A stretch of DNA of 56,271 nucleotides, filler included, from Stramenopiles sp. TOSAG23-2 (lineage: Eukaryota), in assembly GCA_900128395.1 (NCBI GenBank). It is 5 parts of 5 records of this genome, joined end to end, with 100 filler letters (N's around TTAATTAATTAA, not from the genome) between each part and the next. Parts side by side here need not be neighbours in the genome. Positions count along the whole stretch, not along the records: positions 1 to 11,191 come from LT649955.1; positions 11,292 to 22,471 come from LT649956.1; 3 more parts are not named here. One strand, given 5' to 3'. Every line of letters starts with the position of its first letter. Position 1 is the stretch's first letter. The position numbers and the translations under genes were made by a program. The notes below the pieces were generated by a model. The model did no database searches and was not told where the DNA came from. It saw only the letters and a list, made by a program, of their open reading frames with translations. Shown here piece after piece: positions 1 to 11,292 of the stretch.

Positions 1-177
1 TAAATACGTCTCTCGGCGATAGATTGCATATAAAAAGCCAAGTCGATTTAAAACACGGCGATCATCTAAATGGTCTCGTTTTTTCCATAATTGGTAAGTA
101 AATATTGCTGGTATACCGAATGGATAAATTGCAACTCCTAATATTCCATATATTAAATTATCTCTGTGTTTACCATT
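1..177 (-). pseudogene. Fragment of a multi-pass membrane protein (same C-terminal TM family as the 5553-11191 gene); runs off the contig start
   Basis: Manual translation NGKHRDNLIYGILGVAIYPFGIPAIFTYQLWKKRDHLDDRRVLNRLGFLYAIYRRETY carries the Y-x-x-G-(I/F)-P ... (R/K)-(L/F)-x-x-L-Y motif also seen in ORF 5850-7409; no start codon or AG acceptor immediately upstream. Confidence 0.5.
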
Positions 178-396
178 AAATAATTAAATGTATGATACAC
201 ACGTATTTTAATTTTTTGTTTCTACTCAATGGTATTTTAATTTTTTATTTCTACTCAATGACAATTCCGACTCTCCAGGGAAATACAGTGTTTGAGCGAT
301 GCAGGTGTTAGGTATTTTGAATAGTACCATAATTTGTTAAATTTGCCCTTCTAAAATTAGACTTTATCTAGAAGTTACCAGACGACATCTGGAGGT

Positions 397-684
397 TGAA
401 AAGGCTACCCCTGCTAACACCCGCGCTAACACCAGCATATTTGACATGAGGACGAATAAAAATTGCTTCACACCATCATCTTTTTCATAGGCACCAATAA
501 GCACATATTACAGTATACTAAATCCTCCTACCATCCAGCATCCACACAGGCTAACGAAGGGATGCTAGATTTTGTCTTGTCCTAGTAGATTTAGTATATG
601 GGAATCGTAGTGTAGTGCGTGATGTCATCATTTTCAGTACCTTTTTGTTTTTAGTATTGATGGTGTCTAACACCTATGATGTCA
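397..684. repeat. Copy 1 of a ~280-bp dispersed direct repeat with nested hairpins
   Basis: Aligns end to end with 2441-2715, e.g. shared CACAGGCTAACGAAGGGATGCTAGATTTTGTCT and GGGAATCGTAGTGTAGTGCGTGATGTCATCA. Confidence 0.9.
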
Positions 685-1075
685 AATATCAAGCATGTTG
701 AGTAGATGATATTTGGTACCAACTTCTCTTTGTATATCATCTACCTAAATCAAATTAGTATAGTATTTGGTAGCCTTCCTTGTAATTTGAACCTATCATA
801 CCAGATCTTGTATGAAACAATAATTCGATAGCATGTGATAATGCACAATGCTATTCCGGTAGTAGAAGTTAGACGATCGCCTTCGAGTAAAATGGTACCT
901 GCATTGCAATTCAGAGTCAATTCGAAAAAACTTTGTGCAAATAATATGATGCAAATGGATGTTTTCTTGGTATAAAACGTTGTATGATTTGGTTGGATTG
1001 TTGTGTTTTATGAACTGTTATTGCTTTTGTTCGTTTGTTCGTTCGTTTGTTGGTTTTGTTTTTGTTACGTAAATT

Positions 1076-1351
1076 CTATGTCTTTTTTGAATTTTGTAAA
1101 ATGTTATCCATCTCCTTGCTTTTATATTTGTTTTGAAACATAGTTTCAAACATCGTTACACTTGCATATTTTGCTGCGCTTGCCAAAGTAAGAAATTTAT
1201 GCAGTGCATCGTTATTTTCATAGATAGTTTCCTCTAGGTAAACCATGCCAGTTACTAATATATAAAACTTATTGGCTGTTTCCCCGGAGCGAAATATGCA
1301 ATCACCTTGATTAAATTTTTCCAACTCAAAATATTCATTATCTTCAGTCAT
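1076..1351 (-). pseudogene. Truncated cyclic-nucleotide-binding (cNMP) domain ORF
   Basis: FNQGDCIFRSGETANKFYILVTGMV matches the N-terminal signature of cNMP-binding domains; the phosphate-binding cassette (FGE...R) is absent. Confidence 0.55.
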
Positions 1352-2440
1352 GTTGAAACACTTTTGCTGTTTCCGGTGGTAACCGTAAAAGTTTTCAGCG
1401 TTACCATTAATAAATATGCTTTTTCTACTACTAAGTGTAATACTTGTAACATTATTGCAATTGTCTTACTGTAATACCTGTCCCTGTTAAATATATTATA
1501 TATTTATAATTATTGATTATATAATAATAATATATCGAATATCGAGAATCGAGACAGTAGACAGTATGCCAATAATATGCAGTATCTGCAATAATATTAT
1601 ATGCAGTATTAATAAATATGCAGTCTGCTATAATGCTATAGTATGCAGCAGAGTATCATGCAATATACAGCAATATTAAATATTAAACAATTAAACTGTA
1701 ATAACTTGTAACTGGTATACTACTGGTTGGATAACTACTGGCCCTGCCGGCCTGAACGCCTGAACTGGAGAAACTGGTAAAAAAATACCTTCTGTATTTG
1801 TTATTTTTTTATGTAATGCTGTGCTTTTCTATGCCTTTACCGGTTTTTTGATAGGCACAAAACCTTCCTTAACATACGAAACATGTACTTGAGAGAGGAT
1901 GAACGGGAGCAAATGTGCTCCTTTGCTTAAAGGTCATATATATATATACCTTATTTCTTTTAAAATTATAATTATAAATGATTTAGAAAGAATTATATAC
2001 ATAAGTAATAGATGCTAGACGACTACAATCGCTACATTGATTACTACCTTGCATTAGTCGACTTCGAGGCAGTACTATTTGATCCTAACTTTCTGTTTTC
2101 TTTTATTGGACCAGCAGCTCTACCATTATCCAAGTCTGGCATACCGTTTTTAGCATATTGATTATATATCTCAACTGCTATTTAAGCACAATATTAGTAG
2201 TGTGTAAGCTTTTTCTCAATCCTGTACGCACGTACAAGTGATTGATGATTGGTAAGTAACTATAAATTAGATTTTCATAGGAAAGGTGATTGACGTACGA
2301 AGTATGCTTGTGTGTACTGTCCTAGATGTCAACCACATATGGTGCCTGGCGGCAAAATAAAAATATAATTTCTATAATAAGTTAACCGCACGGTATAATT
2401 AAAAAATAGACATAAGTATGAAAATACATTTACAGTAATT

Positions 2441-2715
2441 TGAAGGCTACCGCTAACACCAGCATATTTGACACGAGGACGTCAACAATAAAAATTGCTT
2501 CACATCTTCATCTTTTTTATAGGCGAGATCAAGCATCAATTACAGTATACTAAGCATACCTATCATCCAGCATCCCCACAGGCTAACGAAGGGATGCTAG
2601 ATTTTGTCTGTTCATATTAGCTTTAGTAAGCGGGAATCGTAGTGTAGTGCGTGATGTCATCATTTTTAGTACCCTTTATTTTTAGTGTTGGTGGTGTCTA
2701 ATACCTATGATGTCA
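2441..2715. repeat. Copy 2 of the ~280-bp dispersed direct repeat
   Basis: Diverged direct copy of 397-684; abuts the MITE-like element at 2716. Confidence 0.9.
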
Positions 2716-2898
2716 ATAATACTATTCACTATGGGAAATATGTATATATCGTTTTCTAAAATGCCAATTTTATTTTTCATATATTTGGAAAAATAGCAAA
2801 TATCCGAAAATGTAGAAAAAATGATGAATATTCCCCCCATAGTGAATATTGTTATTTTGTTATTCTGTTAAGTGTACAGTTTTGGCATGTTTTGTACA
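2716..2898. mobile_element. MITE-like palindromic element, copy A (outer left arm missing)
   Basis: ACTATTCACTATGGG...CCCATAGTGAATATT inverted repeat; core nearly identical to 21985-22120 and 55794-55900; right arm GTTAAGTGTACAGTTTTGGCATGTTTT. Confidence 0.8.
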
Positions 2899-3434
2899 AT
2901 TTATCTTTTTTTGGAAATTTACTGAAACCATAGCTGCTATATATTTATAGATATATTTTTTTTGGGTTATTTTTTTTTTTGCTCCAGTGTGGATTAAGGA
3001 TTTTCTATTTAAAATAGTAGTCAATGGACAATCTTATTCGGTTATAAATCATTATTTAATGAATATGTAAATAGAAGTATTGATATCCTAGATTCCCCCC
3101 CGTAGAGCGCAAATAATAATAATAATAATAAAATGTGACCAAAAATTCTTTTTGACATGATACGTTCTTTATACGTGACAACGTCAACGCAACGGCATCG
3201 TTCTTTTCCATGTTTGATGTTTGATGTTTTGTTTTCGGCAACGTATACGACGTGTCTTTGGTTTTGATATTTATTTTTTTCGAGGTTTTCTGTTTCGTTT
3301 ATTCATTTTCTAATTTAAATATGTAGTTTTTTTCACACTGATGACGCTAAACACCATGCTATAGTTAATTTGCATAGATTTTTATACTAACATTATTGGG
3401 AAAAGAGATTTTTTTTATTGCTATGATATTACAG

Positions 3435-3493
3435 CCTGACGAAAAAAGAGATGCCTGATGAAAAAAGAGATGCCTGATGAAAAAAGAGATGCC
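3435..3493. repeat. 19-bp tandem repeat x3
   Basis: GCCTGAYGAAAAAAGAGAT repeated three times. Confidence 0.9.
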
Positions 3494-3924
3494 TTTAATA
3501 AAAAAAAGAGGGGAAAATTAGCAATTATAAAAAAAAATAGATAGTAAATATATATATTAAAGACAGCGATCATTGTACCATTAGAAAAGTGCAACAATAC
3601 AATACTAATTTACTACCACAGGATAAACAAGGCCTACATCATACATCCTGCACTCCATTAAACAACCACCCATGGAAAAAGAAAAAGAAATCCATGCGAA
3701 ACCACGTATGATCTTTTTGGATTCTATAATGGAAGAAGATTATGAAAAAGTATATGAATTATTGATGACAATACCAGATATTATTAAACAAGTTGATCAA
3801 AATAATAAAAATCCAATTTCCTCATCTAATAATGGCCGTAATAACCATTTCGATGTATCCACATTGTAATCAATCTCGCCTTTCTCTTCTTTTTCCATGA
3901 TGATGATTATATATTAATAGATCG

Positions 3925-4770
3925 ATGATACTAATGACCTACGCTGAAGTGGAAGGGTACACACCACTCGAAAGGCGTCCTAATAAATCCAACTTAAGCA
4001 GAAACGATCTTCTCACCCTAAAGACGCAAACGGTGCTCGTTAACGGTGTCAAAGTCGGTTTGAAGACTATGAAAGGCGGATGCCACCCACATGCTTCATA
4101 CTTTATTTTAGGCACGTACTCAAAAACATACCCAACGAAAGATGCATCGATGGCACAAGTAAATCAGATTTACCAAAACTACCTAAATGGTCTACAAAAC
4201 ATCCCAACCCACCTACAGCTAACCAAAGACTGCGAGCTGGCATTTTCTGGGATCGGTAGACACTTCAACACGGAAATAACCATCGATGCCATTGACTTTT
4301 TAAAATCCGAGACGGTGAATAGAGACTTTGTCGAGTTTCTGAACCAGAGAGAGCATCAAATGCTAAAAGCAGATGCGCACATCAGTAAGAAAATCGTCCG
4401 TCAACACTACAAGGTATTTAAAGACGAGCTGAAGGAGTTTGCTGGGTTACATCCCACTTACGACGCCTACCTCATCCAGCGACTGGCCTCCCATCCAAAT
4501 ATACCACCGGGGGAACCGTTTAACCAACTGGTGGCATACAACGGAAGCACTCGAACCCTCAAAGAAAAATGCCACGACATGCGAAACCTAACGGCGATGG
4601 AACAGCAGGCACAGTCAATCGCCATCAAAAAGTTTTACCAGACGTTAGTTATTTTAGAAGAGTTTGAAGCCACGGGTGCTTTACACCGGGGTGTTAAACA
4701 CCTACATGATCGATTGAAGGATGTGCTAGATAAAGCGAAACGTATGTGGGAGAGTAAAACACGTGTGTAA
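3925..4770 (+). CDS. Hypothetical 281-aa protein; possibly spliced to ORF 3672-3865
   Basis: Long ORF, visibly GC-richer than its upstream flank; a putative GT(3866)...AG(3920) intron would join it in frame to the 3672 ORF; no recognisable domain. Confidence 0.55.
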   Translation: MILMTYAEVEGYTPLERRPNKSNLSRNDLLTLKTQTVLVNGVKVGLKTMKGGCHPHASYFILGTYSKTYPTKDASMAQVNQIYQNYLNGLQNIPTHLQLTKDCELAFSGIGRHFNTEITIDAIDFLKSETVNRDFVEFLNQREHQMLKADAHISKKIVRQHYKVFKDELKEFAGLHPTYDAYLIQRLASHPNIPPGEPFNQLVAYNGSTRTLKEKCHDMRNLTAMEQQAQSIAIKKFYQTLVILEEFEATGALHRGVKHLHDRLKDVLDKAKRMWESKTRV

Positions 4771-4881
4771 TATTAAACATTTAGCTACCACTTGGCGCAA
4801 TACGTTGCATCCTGTTTCTTTTCGACTTGCCTACCTTCTCCTAACGCTGCTCGTTCCATATAAACATAATAAAAGTACTTT

Positions 4882-5430
4882 TTACTTCTGACCCAACGCT
4901 GCCTTGGCTGCCAACGCCCACCATGATGTTCCCGTGATACCACTGCGAATACCCAATGTTTTATCGACAAAACTTTTTCGAAAGGCTTTTACAGCTTTCG
5001 ATTTCAGTATAAATCTATCCAGTATAAACCATTCTTGCGTGACAACAATGTGTTCGTACAAAATAACTAGCATTCCCAAGTAATAGGCTCCTACATTGAT
5101 TATCACGGATAAAAATGCATACGCAAAATCATCTACCGCGATAGCTAACACAAACAGGTAAAAGAACATCGACACCATAAATATAGTAGTTGCTTTGGCC
5201 ATGTCCCGTTGGATCCATAATTGTGTCGTTTGCAAAATAAAGACAAAATACGAAAGCAACGAATACGGTTTACATTGGTGTGTAATAGCTTCAAAATGCT
5301 CAACATTGCACACCGGTGCATTGTTCGTTATGTTGTACCCTTGTGTCATCGCACAAATGGTAGAATTCAAAGGCGCTACATCGATATGACTATAGGAATT
5401 GACAAAACGATGTCTCGATGTCTCAATCAA
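4882..5430 (-). CDS. Hypothetical membrane protein
   Basis: 182-aa ORF with 2-3 hydrophobic helices (TTIFMVSMFFYLFVLAIAV; FLSVIINVGAYYLGMLVILY); start uncertain. Confidence 0.4.
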   Translation of the reverse strand: MIETSRHRFVNSYSHIDVAPLNSTICAMTQGYNITNNAPVCNVEHFEAITHQCKPYSLLSYFVFILQTTQLWIQRDMAKATTIFMVSMFFYLFVLAIAVDDFAYAFLSVIINVGAYYLGMLVILYEHIVVTQEWFILDRFILKSKAVKAFRKSFVDKTLGIRSGITGTSWWALAAKAALGQK

Positions 5431-5552
5431 AAAACCTACATTTTAATTTGTTTATGCAAAACTATTAAAGAAACCCTATGCAAGCCCCATCAAATCAACT
5501 GTGTTTTACTAAAACATTTTTAAATCTTCAAATATAACAAAGATACTTTAAC

Positions 5553-7447
5553 TCATATACTTATTACCGCTAAAGCGAAAAGTCCTGCGAGAAATATTAA
5601 ACCCAAAAATTTATTTTCATGTTTCTCATAAATTTCAGATATTTTCTTACAACAACTCTTTTTCTCCTCTTTAGCCTTGTTGTCGCCAGCCTTTTTTTTA
5701 CTTTCGTCGTTTTGACTTTTTTCATTTTGCCCCACTTCGTTTAAGTTGTTCCCGTCGCTGTGATATAGGTAAAAGTGTTAGTACAATATGGTTTTATAAA
5801 AAATGCTTTTTCAAACTTAAAGCTTATATAAAAGTTTAATCTGGTATACTTACCTTTGTGTAACTATTCCAATCGCAGCTTTGTTCGCCGCTTTGGCACT
5901 TGCTAATGCCAGTTTGCTAGTTTTCCTTTGCTCCTCTAGCAGTTTTCTTCGTTCCATTTCATTTTCTGCTCTCATGCTGTCAAATTTCTTTAACATATTA
6001 GCAAAATTTTCCTCCATTTTATCTATTATTTGTTGTTGGTGTGAATGGGTTACACCATGCTGGTGTGATAATCGCTCCATTTGTTCACCAACCAATCCAT
6101 CAGATATGATTGTTGCAATTCCGTTAGAAGACGGAGTTTTATCGCTCGAATCTTGGTCTACCAGTGTAGTCAAGCTAGAACCACCTACCGCTTTTTTGCT
6201 TCTTGACGATTTGCTACCAAGTAGACCACGGCGATGTTTTTCTTCAAATCCCATTCGATCTTTCATTAACTTTACAATTTTTTTATAATTCACTTTAAGC
6301 CTAGACCATAATATAAGTGAGCGTTGTCGCTTAAATTCACGAGTATGACTAAACTCGTGATAGGTACATGCAAGTAAATATATCATACTAGAAATAACGA
6401 CCATAATAGTTACATACGTTACAATCCATTGTTTCCATTTATTTTCAGGTTGCATAAGGTATGGTGAGTTAAACATTATTCCCATTAGAGGGACAAATAC
6501 ACAACATGTCAAAACAATCAATTCTATATTGTTGTAATTGAATATGCTACGATGCAGCCGATGTGCAATTTTATTTTGTATGTCCATTTCGATTTCCATA
6601 TTTTTAATGTTTTCACGAATGATATCAAATTCTTTTGTCATCCCCATTTGAGTCGTATGCGTCTTACTCATATCTATCAGAAGATGTATTACTCGCATTT
6701 TCGTAAATTCATTTCGAAGGTTAGATTCTGCCTCTTTCATTAAAATTTCTGCTCTTTCTTTCACATGCATATATGGATCGTATTCTATATGCATGCACAT
6801 AAATAAAAACATAAAGCAAAGGACGCATGACAATTGGAATGTTGGATCTGTACGTATCAAAACGCTACAAGTAACAACCACAAACTTTCTTACAATCACA
6901 AGTAAACACCACCAGTAATATTTTGGCTTAAATGGATAATACAATTTGCTAAACTTCTTCCTAAAATAATACGCTGTATTAATTTCTGGATATTCGCCCC
7001 GACCATGTGCACGCAATCTTTGATCTTCTTTAATTTTATGATTATATTTTTTAAAGAATACGCCGATCACAAGCGGAAAGCCAAGTGTGTAGAAGAAAAG
7101 AGCCGCATTTGCTATCGGTAGTAAGCGACTACGCATACTATTTTTTATGTAGCATTGTTCCAAAGGCTCCGCAGACATGTAAAATTTACCTGTTGGGGGA
7201 ATGGGTGGCTCGCAATTGTAAATATCAAGTGCGGCCCGAGCAATAGTCAAATAAAGAAAATATGTGACCGTTACTGTCATGGAAACAACCATTGATATCA
7301 ATCCATTAGTAGTTAATGGTTTAATCTTTCTCTTTTGTTTTTTGTTATGTGCTCCAAATAAATGAATTGAAATGGTTCCCTGACGCGTTATCGACTTCCT
7401 ATGCTTCACTGCTTCTTTCGCATTTATAGGAGTAACACGGGTAAGCT

Positions 7448-7524
<77 letters not shown>

Positions 7525-10500
7525 CATTTTAGGCTTTTCTTTTCTTTTAGAAGTGTCCCCATTGCCCATGACTATCCGTTTAAAAATTATAAATATCACT
7601 AAAACAGTAAGAAAACTCATGGCTAACAATGGGAGTGACATTTTAAAGAAAAATTTGTTCTCAAATGTTATTAGTCCACGTGCCATGCATTCTGGCGCTA
7701 CTAAGTCAATGTCTATTGAAAATAAGCGTAGATTTATGAATATGTCTAACATAATTGGAGGCCATGGTACTCGGGCCCCTGCAAACAAGGACAACACTTG
7801 CATGTAATCGATAGTAATGTTTAAAATAACAAAACTTACACCAGAGCGACTCAGTGCAACAGTCCCTACACCTGCGATTAAGCTTGCAGAGACTATTAGC
7901 AACGGGATTAACCATGGATATGTTGGACAAGGTGTGCATAAACCATCTAACCGAAAATGTGTAATCGGATTACATTGAGAACAACGTGGTGCAAAACACC
8001 GGCCGTCGGGCAAAGTGTAATGGCCAAACTTACATGCTGGGATGGTCGTAGGGACATTTTCGGCGTTGACTCCTTGGAAACCATCCGTATCCGATGGGTA
8101 ATTATATTTTGTGCTGGAAAATGGTTTATAATAAGAAACATATCCTTCCGTGCACGTATTATTCAAACCACATGCAGATGAGGGAATGCAAGGCAATAAA
8201 GAAGGGCACCCTTTCCTCAAGTTATGGAAATCATAAATCAATCGTACCCTCTGTTCGGAATTATCTTTATTACATAATGTCTGGTCACCTTTTGCATCAT
8301 TATAGCAATACCCATCAAATCGATCAGGGTGACACAATTCTCCCACATTTACGGCTTCTTTACACAAATTTACATGTTCCCATTTCCCTGTGTCTTTGTT
8401 TAGTTTTGGTTTGCAGGATTCTGGAATATCGGATGCTCCTGAAAATGGCTCTGGTATACAGCCACCATTTTGACATTCTGGTGGGGGAAACATGTGAAAT
8501 CCAGGTAGTGGTACTGGCTCCTCCGATCCACCTCTTTGAAAAAAATCAAGGTGGCTTATATTGGCAGTAGTATTACCATTTCGTCTTATTGGTGCGGTGT
8601 AACGACCACTACACTTTGCTGCACTTAAAATTCTCCCTTGTGCATCGACATATTCCCAACACTTTAAGCAATACTCGCCAAATCTACCATAATGATTTAT
8701 GAAGCAGCGCGAATTAATGGAGGAAGTGTCTGGTGTGATTTCCATCATCTGATGAGCAACTTTGACACGAAAATCATGAGGACCCACCGTGAATCGTCCT
8801 GGTTCACAAGTCTGTAAAAGGAATAAATTTATAGGTTAGAAATATATTAGGTCATAACCTTCGAAATTGATTCTATGCGAATGTAATAGATTACTATTGT
8901 GCATACTTACAATGTACGGTGTCCCTTTCGGGGTTGTCGACCGGGATGGTTTATGCCATACTGCATTTTTGCAGATTCTGCCGCTAATATTTACACTTGC
9001 AATGGAAGGTTCATCTCCAAAATTTTCACCAAAAATAAAAAGTTTCGCCCCATTTTCTGGCGTTGTACCAATTCCATTAAAAGACCAAGTTGCATACATG
9101 CTATCAATTGAATCACCCCACGTAACAGATGTTATTTTTGGTGGAGAATAACGCATTTTTTCAGAGTATGCAATTCGTGGAAAGCTTATACCACCTTGTA
9201 TCGATGATAAGGAAACTCGAAAATTCCCAAAGCCCGGTGGAAGGGATACAAGTGCGTAATAATGTGTAAATGTCTTTATAACACACGATTTTGTTTTCCC
9301 CGACTCGTCTTCTACAATTGATATTGTAGGAGGAGTTAATCCAAAATTGCTTCCAAAAATTAATATTGTTGCTTCCTGTCCAGGCTGACACAAACGTTTG
9401 TCCGAAGAAGCTGGTATTTCATCCATATATTTATTGCATCCTGAGGTAGGAAACAAATATTTACCATTATTTTCATGAGGAATCAGTATTTCATCAATCA
9501 ATGGAGCAGCGTAAGTTAACTGGATTGTTATTTCACTGTGCTGTCCAGAGGCAACGACATCGACTGAAACAAGCCCTTCGCCTGGTGGCGCTTCGATACG
9601 TACAAATGAATGATTCTTGTCTAAAATATTAGCTTGATATACCAAATCATTGTCGTTAGTAGAAAATAATACTTCAAGATTAACATCGGATCGATTTCTA
9701 CCAAAATTTTTGCCTCTCAATATCAATTGCTTCGGTTCGGTCCATGACTTAACGTGTTTGTATAGGAGAGTTTTTATTGACGTAGATTTCAATGATTTCG
9801 TTATTAAATATAACCCGTCGAGAGTGGAGACACCATAATAAGATCCCAAAAACAATTTTTGGTTTATGGAAACTAGTAAATTCCCATTAGAGCATGTGAT
9901 AATTTCAGATCTGTTTTTCATGGCTTCACGTCCTGAAGTAGGAATATAATAATTGCTGTCATAGAAAATCTCATTGGAAAAAATAGAAGGAGGGGAAAAT
10001 GAAAATGAAGTAATTAATTTAACGCCAACTTGGTTCGATACTGAGACTGAAAATGATAAATTTTGACCCTCTCCTTCTTTCATCAAACATCTTACTTGGT
10101 GGTGGGTATGATTGATTACTGCACAATGAATATTATTTTTGATTAGTACCTGTATGGTTGCAGATGCGGTCCCGAAATTTGAACCAAGAATTTGTATTTC
10201 AAAACCACCCTTAGTCGGTCGGTCAGTAGGATATATTACTCGATCGACAGTTGGTGGCAAATATTTTAACATAGCAACCCCGCAGTCTAACGTTTGTAAT
10301 TCAATCGGAATATTAATATCATCTTCATTAAAACAAGAAAATTGGTTTCCAGCCTTCACTATAAGAGGTTTTCTATCATTACCCTCACTCGCGGGTGAAA
10401 TGATAACGATGTGCGTATGAGAATAGGAAAGAACAACAGCATTCATATGCCCAACAGTTACTTTTGGTTCATCTGAACCAAAATTTGAACCTGAAATGTA

Positions 10501-11191
10501 AACAACAGATCCATTTGTAGCAATATCAGTCGGTATAACTTGACTAACATCTGGTATTTTATACGATACATGAGTAGGAGCAGAGGGTGTCCCACTATTA
10601 AACACATGAACTGGAACGTTTGATCCTTGTCCAGGTGGAATGGAAAATGATATTTTTACTTTAGGGTCGACATAAGTCGCCAATCCCGTAATTGTTGCTT
10701 CAACATTATCGACGGTCAATTTCACTGCATTTAAGTCCGTGGATAAGTAGCTTACAAGCAATTCGCAGCAATTGTCGTTAATCCCACTTCCAAACCCAGA
10801 TGTAGGATATCTCGTTGCTTTCAACATTAGCGCACTTGCGGGTTCAATTATAGCGCTACGCTCTGAGACATACAAACTGTTGGTTTCCTCCTCTAAAATC
10901 TTCATTCTTATTGTCATTGGATAGACGTTGGCAATAGGCATGGCCAACTTCGATATATCATGGGTGTGGCTAATGATTTCAAAAGCAAGAGTTGCATTTT
11001 CAACATATCCCCCAACTCCTATTGCTTTCCCGCTTGAATTGTAATTACGCAATACTATAGTATTCTCCGTTGCGGATGCTACCACTTGCGGCCCATTGAT
11101 ACTGATTTGTCCATTTACACCAGTGATAATAATTCTATCGTTTGCTTTAAAATTATGTTTATCGGCTGTGTACAAGATACCCGGGGATGAT
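5553..11191 (-). CDS. Giant cell-surface protein: IPT/TIG repeats + Cys-rich region + multi-pass TM domain + coiled-coil tail; 5' truncated; join of ORFs 8836-11175, 7399-8787, 5850-7409 and 5553-5735
   Basis: Repeated I-x-G-x-NFG ... P-x-G-x-G IPT/TIG motifs; introns 8812-8910 and 5758-5853 join the ORFs in frame (PYI|TCEPGRFTVGPH; TQS|DGNNLNEVGQ); the only frameshift lies in the poly-T run 7453-7524. Confidence 0.8.
5758..5853 (-). other. Spliceosomal intron (96 nt)
   Basis: AG|GTAAGT donor, TACTAAC branch point, CACAG acceptor; splicing keeps the frame. Confidence 0.85.
8812..8910 (-). other. Spliceosomal intron (99 nt)
   Basis: GTAAGT donor, TTCTAAC branch point, TTTTACAG acceptor; splicing keeps the frame. 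Confidence 0.85.
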
Positions 11192-11291
11192 NNNNNNNNN
11201 NNNNNNNNNNNNNNNNNNNNNNNNNNNNNNNNNNNTTAATTAATTAANNNNNNNNNNNNNNNNNNNNNNNNNNNNNNNNNNNNNNNNNNNN
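11192..11291. other. Artificial contig linker
   Basis: N44-TTAATTAATTAA-N44 (stops in all six frames). Confidence 0.98.
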
Positions 11292-11292
11292 A

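Noticed and set aside
397-2715. Intact LTR retrotransposon
   Set aside because: TG...CA ends are present, but there is no TSD, no recognisable PBS/PPT and no gag/pol, and the copies are substantially diverged
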